This document shows, piece after piece, positions 57,694-64,000 of a DNA stretch of 64,000 nt (position 1 is the first letter of the stretch; each line of letters opens with the position of its first letter). Origin of the DNA: Candidatus Hydrothermarchaeum profundi (GTDB lineage: Archaea > Hydrothermarchaeota > Hydrothermarchaeia > Hydrothermarchaeales > Hydrothermarchaeaceae); NCBI GenBank assembly GCA_002011125.2, contig MTMF02000009.1:160001-224000 (forward strand), in the 5' to 3' direction. The notes under the pieces are model-generated. The model saw only the letters and a list, made by a program, of their open reading frames with translations, ran no database searches and had not been told where the DNA came from. Both the position numbers and the translations under genes were made by a program.

Positions 57694-60066
57694 CTACGTA
57701 GTTAGCTTCCTGTAGACTTCAGGAAGCTTCCGAGGCAAGTCTCTAACGTCATCTAATATTATATAACTCACATCTCCATACATATGAGAAATATAATCCC
57801 TTGCTTCTTTGTCTATTGTAATGCAGAAGGGCTTAATGTGCTTCTTTTTAGCCTCTATTAAGGCTTTTCGCGTGTCCTCAATGCCATGTTCACCCTTATA
57901 CTCGTCAAAGTCCTCTGGCTTACCATCACTTAATATAATCATAAGCTTTACCTTGGCAGGTATCTCCTCGAATATCGAGGTCAAATGCCTTATTGGTGGC
58001 CCCATTCTGGTGTAATCGAAGGCGTCCATTCCCGCTATTCTAGCTTTAACCTCGGCATTGTATTCTTGGTCGAATTCTTTTATCTTATAGAAATCGCATT
58101 GCTTTCTTGTTTTCCCAGAAAAACCATAGATAGCATACTTATCACCTAGTATTTCTAAGGCTTCACACATTAATACGATTGCTTCTTTCTCAGTCTCAAT
58201 AACCCAGCCCGTAGTAGAGCCACTTAGGTCCACCAAGAAGGCAACTGCGATGTCTCTTTCCCTTTTATCTGTTTTTATATAAACCTTCTCTGACGGAGTT
58301 ACCCCCGCAGCCATATCAGCTTTAGCTTCAATAAAAGCGTCAATATCTATCTCTTCCCCATAGATCTGCTTTCTCAGTTTTTTGTATTCCGGTCTCAGCA
58401 TCTCAAACTGCCTTCTTATTTGCGTAACTAATCCTAAATGCTTATCAATAGTCTTTTGAACGAATTTTTCATCTCCCTTCTTGATGTCTTTTTCTCTTAA
58501 GGCACACCACTTTGCTCTATAATGACCCATCTCGTGGTCCCATTCGTCATAAAGAAAAGCATTTTCTATATCCTCCTCTTCAAGCTCGACTTGGAATTTC
58601 GTTTCTTGAGCCTCTATCTCTGCCCTTACCATTCTCCCAGCACTATCCAGCACTTTAGTTAATAGACTTGCATCTATTTCCCCAAGCTCCCCTAAGCGCC
58701 TTTCTATCTCTTTTTTTATCTTCTCCCATACTTCGTCTGGTATCCTAATATTTAATTTTGCAAGAAATTCGAGGGGCGCCTCATGCATCAAAGGATCTAG
58801 AACCTCATTTTTGACTTCTACTATTTTTTTATCGAGATCCTCAGGCGGCTCTAAGTCTAATTGTTTAATCAAGTTCCTCATTTTATCCGCAAGTTCTTTC
58901 TCCGTGAGTTTAAGAGCAACCGTTATCCTTGCTGGTTTTATATCGCCTCTGAATAACACTAACGGTGCCTTGTTATAGCCGTAATCTAAAAACTCTTCAA
59001 AAAGTTCGTATATTTTTACAGTTAACGCCGCAGAGTCCTCAGCAGTAGCCCTGCCTTTCAACATATTATGAAGCAGCTTTACAGCCTTATCTACTGGGGC
59101 TTCAACTTCTTTGGGTATCTCTCCTTTCACCTCCCCCCAATAAGTTTTCTGCAAAAAAGCCTCCACAGCCGCTTCGCCAAGAGGAAGCTCGGAGGGTAAT
59201 GGCCTTTCATCCCACACTATCCTAGAGAGAAACTCAATGTCCCTTTTAATGCCTTTAAATTCTTGTGTAAGGTTTTTTTCTACTCTAGAGTTCTCTACGA
59301 TACTGAAGATATCAATAGCCAACTGCTTGTTAGGAAATAGCTCAAAGAAGGTTTCTAATGTCGACCTATCTCTTATGATATTTCTATAATATTTTTTCTC
59401 AAGATAACCTAAAACTTTAGACAACTTATGGGGATTTAGGTCAAAACTCCGATACCTTATCTGAGCATATTTATGGGCTACTATAACCTTATACACCCTA
59501 AAATTGTCTTCATCCGACTGAAAAAAGGAAACATTATTAGGGAGATAAATGTTCCTTGTATCCGTATAGATTTCTTCACTACCTTGTATTTTCAGCTTCC
59601 CGCCACTTAAAGCCTCAACATAGATCTCCAGTATCCGTGCTACTTCTTCTAAATCTAATCCTACTGCACGTATTTCCTCAATAGTTTCTCTAGTTATACC
59701 TTTGAAAAAATTCCTACCTGGTACCTCTCCATACCTCTCATAGAATTGAATGCCCTTTTCTACCCACTTCTTCATATCATCCATATTGAAATGCTTGAGG
59801 GCATCAGCACATGTTCTGAAAAAGTGATACGCCATCTCTGAGTCGCGCTTTGCAAGCTCTTTGCCCAGCTTATATATCTCCTCCCTGATTTCTGGATCCA
59901 AAGTTACTACACTGTCAACTGCTGCATCTATACTCATCAAGCCCCTCGCAAAATGCACTCCTGTAAATCTCTGTTCGATAAAGTCCTCTCCAAAGGTCGA
60001 TCTCCCTAAAATCTTAAAAAGTTCAGCCTTAACTTTTTCTACATATTCAGTGCTATTACCTGCCAT
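57694..60066 (-). CDS. CbbO/NorD-like VWA adaptor protein
   Basis: YDEWD....YR..WC.L.E, G.EIDIDA, MIDAS DLSGST, YTRMGPPIRH, LSDGKPED, PFCITID. Confidence 0.9.
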   Translation of the reverse strand: MAGNSTEYVEKVKAELFKILGRSTFGEDFIEQRFTGVHFARGLMSIDAAVDSVVTLDPEIREEIYKLGKELAKRDSEMAYHFFRTCADALKHFNMDDMKKWVEKGIQFYERYGEVPGRNFFKGITRETIEEIRAVGLDLEEVARILEIYVEALSGGKLKIQGSEEIYTDTRNIYLPNNVSFFQSDEDNFRVYKVIVAHKYAQIRYRSFDLNPHKLSKVLGYLEKKYYRNIIRDRSTLETFFELFPNKQLAIDIFSIVENSRVEKNLTQEFKGIKRDIEFLSRIVWDERPLPSELPLGEAAVEAFLQKTYWGEVKGEIPKEVEAPVDKAVKLLHNMLKGRATAEDSAALTVKIYELFEEFLDYGYNKAPLVLFRGDIKPARITVALKLTEKELADKMRNLIKQLDLEPPEDLDKKIVEVKNEVLDPLMHEAPLEFLAKLNIRIPDEVWEKIKKEIERRLGELGEIDASLLTKVLDSAGRMVRAEIEAQETKFQVELEEEDIENAFLYDEWDHEMGHYRAKWCALREKDIKKGDEKFVQKTIDKHLGLVTQIRRQFEMLRPEYKKLRKQIYGEEIDIDAFIEAKADMAAGVTPSEKVYIKTDKRERDIAVAFLVDLSGSTTGWVIETEKEAIVLMCEALEILGDKYAIYGFSGKTRKQCDFYKIKEFDQEYNAEVKARIAGMDAFDYTRMGPPIRHLTSIFEEIPAKVKLMIILSDGKPEDFDEYKGEHGIEDTRKALIEAKKKHIKPFCITIDKEARDYISHMYGDVSYIILDDVRDLPRKLPEVYRKLTT

Positions 60067-60075
60067 TGCCTATCC

Positions 60076-60894
60076 TTAAAAAACGGTTGAAATTAACTCC
60101 CTTATCGCCTTTTGCATTTCTGTGTCATCTGTTACAGGGTTAACCATAGCTACTTCACAGGCGGTATGTGGATCTATACCCTGACCAATAAGCTGACCGG
60201 CATAAATTAATAGCCTAGTACTTACTCCTTCTTCAAGTCCCTTATCTTTAAGATTTCTAATCTTCTCACCCAATATAACAAGGTCCTTAGCGATATCTGG
60301 CTTTATATTGCTTTCATGAGTAATAATCTCAACCTCCAAGTCTTTTGGGGGAAAATCAAAGTTTATGCCGATGAACCTCTGCCTTGTACTGTGTTTTAAA
60401 TCCTTTAATACACTTTGATATCCTGGATTATAGGAGATTATGAGCATGAATTCATCAGAGGCTTTAATTAGTTCTCCTCTTTTCTCAATTGGAAGTATCC
60501 TTCTATCATCCGTAAGAGGATGGATAACTACTGTAGTGTCTTTTCTCGCTTCAACAATTTCATCCAAATAGCAGATTGCACCGGATTTCACTGCCTTTGT
60601 AAGAGGTCCATCGACCCATACTGTTTCCCCGCCTTTAACTAGATATCGTCCAACCAGGTCACTTGACGTGAGGTCATCATGACATGCAACAGTTATTAAT
60701 GGTCTTTTGAGTTTCCACGCCATATATTGAACAAACCTAGTTTTACCGCAGCCGGTGGGGCCTTTTAGCATAACAGGCAGACAATTTTTGTAAGCTGCCT
60801 CAAAGATCTCTACTTCTCTTCCTATAGGAAGATAATAAGGCTTCTTGGTGATTGTGTACTCTTCAATCCTTAGTACTCTTTTTTCTTTTGGCAT
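60076..60894 (-). CDS. cbbQ: CbbQ/NirQ/NorQ family AAA+ ATPase
   Basis: [19 protein letters not shown]...[32 protein letters not shown]. Confidence 0.95.
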   Translation of the reverse strand: MPKEKRVLRIEEYTITKKPYYLPIGREVEIFEAAYKNCLPVMLKGPTGCGKTRFVQYMAWKLKRPLITVACHDDLTSSDLVGRYLVKGGETVWVDGPLTKAVKSGAICYLDEIVEARKDTTVVIHPLTDDRRILPIEKRGELIKASDEFMLIISYNPGYQSVLKDLKHSTRQRFIGINFDFPPKDLEVEIITHESNIKPDIAKDLVILGEKIRNLKDKGLEEGVSTRLLIYAGQLIGQGIDPHTACEVAMVNPVTDDTEMQKAIRELISTVF

Positions 60895-61073
60895 TGTCTC
60901 ACCTTTTCGTACACTAATTTAAATAATTTAGCCATCATGGTCCCTTTGTGAATCTTATTACACAACCAGTTTTAGATTGTGCATTTATTTGAGCATATCT
61001 ATTAAAAGTAAAAATATTTAAGTTGGAGATAACACATTTGCTCTTGGGTTTTAGCTTCTGGAGGTGAAAACCC

Positions 61074-61766
61074 TTGCATGAAGAAACTCTTATTGATAAA
61101 GACCTTAAATCAATTGCTGACAATATTTCAGTCTTCATCGGTAAGGATGAAGAGACAATTAGAATATTAAAGCAAATGGGCCTTACACTTGAAGATATAT
61201 CTGATGAGTTGAGGGAGGAGGTAAAAAAAATATCAGAAATTTTAGAGGATACGGAGAGTGACCCTATCCAGAGAATCGATATGGTTTGGGGGACTATAGA
61301 AAGGCTAAGCAATAGCCCTGAGGTTCCAGCGAATATAAGAAAGCTAATTTTTGGCTCTGCCCTTAGTAGGCTAGACACAGCGAGATCTAACATTATGTGG
61401 CAGAAGGGAGAAGAAAGTACAATGATGGATATAGGGAAAATCTCCTATTCCCTAGACCTCTTTATTAAAGATGATAGAGAAACGAAGATGAAATTGAGAA
61501 AGATAGGAATAAAAGAAGTCCCAGAATCAGTGCGACAAGCTGCGTTGGAGGCAAGGGCTATAATGGAAGATAAAAGGCTAGATGCTAAAGAGCGGGCCAT
61601 ACGAGCTGCGGATATACTTACCTCACTAATGACTCCTGCGGCATTAAGTAAGAGACTTAGGGACATACGAGAAGTCCACAGGGAACAGTTACAATTAGAG
61701 ATTAAATGTGTGCTTTGGGAGATTGCTAACGATTTCACTTATAGGGCGGCTAAAGAAGATACTTAA
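61074..61766 (+). CDS. Hypothetical helical protein with an internal duplication
   Basis: GGAGGTGA RBS; two similar halves (see findings). Confidence 0.75.
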   Translation: MHEETLIDKDLKSIADNISVFIGKDEETIRILKQMGLTLEDISDELREEVKKISEILEDTESDPIQRIDMVWGTIERLSNSPEVPANIRKLIFGSALSRLDTARSNIMWQKGEESTMMDIGKISYSLDLFIKDDRETKMKLRKIGIKEVPESVRQAALEARAIMEDKRLDAKERAIRAADILTSLMTPAALSKRLRDIREVHREQLQLEIKCVLWEIANDFTYRAAKEDT

Positions 61767-62008
61767 GGGATTATTGCTTCTCCACGGTATCCGGATGCTC
61801 TTATTTTTTCTATGTATCTAATTTCCTGACTAAATTTAACGGTTACTTCTGCTTTTTTTATCTTTTCTTTTGCTTTTTTTAAAGCCGCGGAGACCCTTGG
61901 TTGTGATATTCCTAAGGCTCTTGAGATTTCCTCTTGATTCATTCCCAATGCTGCCATGCGTAAAACTTGTGCCTGCCTCTCTGTAAGAATTCCTATCGAG
62001 CTTTCCAT
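61763..62008 (-). CDS. Tfx/sigma-region-4-like HTH protein
   Basis: LTERQAQVLRM...GMNQEEISRALGISQPRVS...KKAKEKI. Confidence 0.85.
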   Translation of the reverse strand: MESSIGILTERQAQVLRMAALGMNQEEISRALGISQPRVSAALKKAKEKIKKAEVTVKFSQEIRYIEKIRASGYRGEAIIP

Positions 62009-62089
62009 GGAGTATAATATAAAAGTATTATATTTATAGCTTACTATAAGCATGTTTTTAGCAAAAAATTTTAGTTACTTTTCAGTTAA

Positions 62090-62377
62090 ATGTATGGTAT
62101 GGTAGAAATTCTCAGCTATGGAGTTGAAGAAGAGTTTGAGATCGAAAAGCTGTTGGCTTCAATAATTAAAGCCGGAGCTAGTAAAGAATTAGCAGAAGAA
62201 GTGGCTAAAAACATTAGAATCAGAGACGGCATGACAACTGATGAGATAAGAAAACAAGTAATGAAAGAACTTGAGAAACGAGCCCCGGAAGTAGCAAAAC
62301 AATACGATTTATATAAGAAAAAGAAGCTGGCAAAATTAAAAAACAGAATGGATTCAGCATACATGGTATCTTCATAA
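62090..62377 (+). CDS. Stand-alone ATP-cone domain protein
   Basis: EEFEIEKLLASIIKAGA...A.EVA...MTTDEIR..V...L. Confidence 0.8.
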   Translation: MYGMVEILSYGVEEEFEIEKLLASIIKAGASKELAEEVAKNIRIRDGMTTDEIRKQVMKELEKRAPEVAKQYDLYKKKKLAKLKNRMDSAYMVSS

Positions 62378-62479
62378 CTCGGTTGTGCAATTTACATCAG
62401 AACCTGTTTATTATAAAAAACTATAAATATATACGGTAACTGCTTCCATAATAAAATACTATTATTTGGAGGCGAAGAA

Positions 62480-62821
62480 ATGGGAAGATTGTATGTTGAT
62501 GAAAAGGTAACGCCATATGTTGAAGAGATCACTGACGCTGATATAAAAGAATGGGAGAAAAAAGAAAAAGATGGAAGAATAGTAGATGATGTTGCAGGCG
62601 GTACAGATGTAAGTATACCCATCAGAGTAGACTACGCAAAGGATTTCCATAAAGCATGGGACCTGCTCCAGAAAAATAAGATTCCCCTTAAATACAAAAC
62701 GGTTATGACAGTTCCTCCTTTCCATGCAACAATACACGTTTTCCCAACTCATGGCGTAAAAGCGATGAAACTCTTGAGAAAAGCCGGAATAAAGATGTAT
62801 AAAGCAAAGCCTGTATTTTAA
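62480..62821 (+). CDS. Hypothetical protein (113 aa)
   Basis: GGAGG RBS, TATA-like elements upstream, T-tract downstream; no family recognised. Confidence 0.75.
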   Translation: MGRLYVDEKVTPYVEEITDADIKEWEKKEKDGRIVDDVAGGTDVSIPIRVDYAKDFHKAWDLLQKNKIPLKYKTVMTVPPFHATIHVFPTHGVKAMKLLRKAGIKMYKAKPVF

Positions 62822-62859
62822 AAATTCCTTTATTTTTTTATCTGAGAGGTGAATTTAGA

Positions 62860-63387
62860 GTGGGGTGTATCCATAGAGATATCGATGACTGTAAGCTAAC
62901 CAACAGCCCATGTTTTGGTCTAGTTTACAGCGAGCAAGATGAAGAATATGTCATAGACCCCTGGAAAGAGAGTATGTGCAATTCTTTTATCAGCGACGGC
63001 AAGAATGCAGAGATTTCAACTAAAGATGAGTGGAATATTAAGGAAGGAGAAAAATTCAGTGTATTAATTAGAATTTTTGGTAGCAAAGAAGACTCTCCCA
63101 GTTATTGCAATAATGAAATCTGTATTCCAGGAGAATATCGAACCCCAGAAGAAGATGCTGAAATATTGGAGTCCCTCCTGAATAGGAGATATTCTGGTGG
63201 GATAAAAGTAGAAGGATTCAGCTTAAACTCTCCGAGGATGAGCGAATTCCCTGAAATAAGAAAGCTGATTGAGGAGGGAATGGAGCCTCCAATCACTATG
63301 GTAAATGGTGAGATAAAGTTTATTGGAGACATACAGCTGAACCTACTTAAATTAGAAATAGAAAAGTTAGGTTTAAAACCCCGGTAA
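62860..63387 (+). CDS. Cys-rich N-terminal domain fused to a thioredoxin-like (ArsD/DUF1462-like) domain
   Basis: CIH...C....PC...C N-terminus; C-terminal C..C region and PITMVNGEIKFIG. Confidence 0.6.
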   Translation: MGCIHRDIDDCKLTNSPCFGLVYSEQDEEYVIDPWKESMCNSFISDGKNAEISTKDEWNIKEGEKFSVLIRIFGSKEDSPSYCNNEICIPGEYRTPEEDAEILESLLNRRYSGGIKVEGFSLNSPRMSEFPEIRKLIEEGMEPPITMVNGEIKFIGDIQLNLLKLEIEKLGLKPR

Positions 63388-63542
63388 TTTTGTATAGAGG
63401 ATATCATTAATTTGGAGGGATGGTATCCGTAGCTTTTTTGCACTATCTTTTTTATCTACATATAATTGATAGAAAACTGAAAATCCCTCTCTAATAAATA
63501 GAAAATCTCCTTAAAAGTTTAAGTCTCCCGAATAGTTAAAAT

Positions 63543-64000
63543 TTAAAACCTCTCTATTACTTTTTCAAATTCATCTAACCAGTTTAATAATCCCTGTAAA
63601 GTTCTCCTCCCTCCTAAATAAGGATAAATTTTTTCTATATATGTGATCGTTTTCCTTCTAATCTCTTCTGTTTTTTGTAAAGCTAACTCGGAGTTCTTAG
63701 CCCTTTCAGCTTCTACTAGCTCCTGCTTCGTTAGTGATAAATATTCATTGATTTCTAAATTGAGCTTACCTGCCGCTTCCCTAAGATTTTTCATTATTCG
63801 ACTACATCTCTCATGTACAGATTCCTTTTCTAAGGCAGATTCCCTAAAAATCTCCCTTATCCTACTTCTCATTTCAAGAGAGCCGTCTTCCATGACTGTT
63901 TTTAGAAATGTCTCTGGAGAAACCTTGCCACTGAGAATTAGCATCTCAATATCAGAGAGATCACTGCACACTATATTGCCCTCTTTTGCTAGCTTGCTAA
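63543..64000 (-). CDS. Hypothetical helical protein; reading frame open to the window edge
   Basis: The frame continues upstream of 63971 (SKLAKEGNIV...) with no stop. Confidence 0.65.
   Translation of the reverse strand, partial: SKLAKEGNIVCSDLSDIEMLILSGKVSPETFLKTVMEDGSLEMRSRIREIFRESALEKESVHERCSRIMKNLREAAGKLNLEINEYLSLTKQELVEAERAKNSELALQKTEEIRRKTITYIEKIYPYLGGRRTLQGLLNWLDEFEKVIERF

Noticed and set aside
787-63443. Many short ORFs in the track antisense to or nested in real genes (e.g. 3328-4758, 48675-50864, 29713-30126, 33245-33433)
   Set aside because: Ser/Ile/Phe-rich shadow translations opposite well-supported genes, with no RBS or motifs
1-64000. CRISPR array, rRNA or intact transposase
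   Set aside because: No regularly spaced repeats, rRNA-like sequence or transposase motifs were seen
1-64000. Selenocysteine/pyrrolysine read-through or programmed frameshifts
   Set aside because: Recognised genes appear full length; no in-frame TGA/TAG splitting a domain was noticed

Overview
An AT-rich, gene-dense chromosomal segment from an anaerobic euryarchaeal-type archaeon (thermosome, TBP, two Alba, aIF2-beta, S17e, Mer, Ftr, PorCDAB, methanogenesis marker 12, Smc-ScpAB). No mcr gene is in the window. A Hydrothermarchaeota- or Archaeoglobi-like host is an inference. Most of the window is housekeeping or C1/energy metabolism: an oxidative-stress operon (two short bacterioferritins, superoxide reductase, rubredoxin-like protein, FprA), polyamine genes, the por-ftr operon, a split A/V-ATPase (C; I, K) around a Bat-like MoxR/VWA cluster, lysine biosynthesis genes, and a CbbQ/CbbO pair with no client gene nearby. 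The most notable observations are: (1) a circularly permuted FpoF/FrhB-type F420 oxidoreductase heading the por operon; (2) an AbrB-fold gene with a palindromic operator leading smc-scpA-scpB; (3) two candidate small RNAs with C-rich, anti-Shine-Dalgarno-like loops; (4) a decayed island at tRNA-Thr carrying a large secreted double TIM-barrel glycoside hydrolase-like protein; (5) identical DNA blocks in the two halves of tbp; (6) several small proteins missing from the ORF track. All calls come from reading motifs by eye. No database searches were run.
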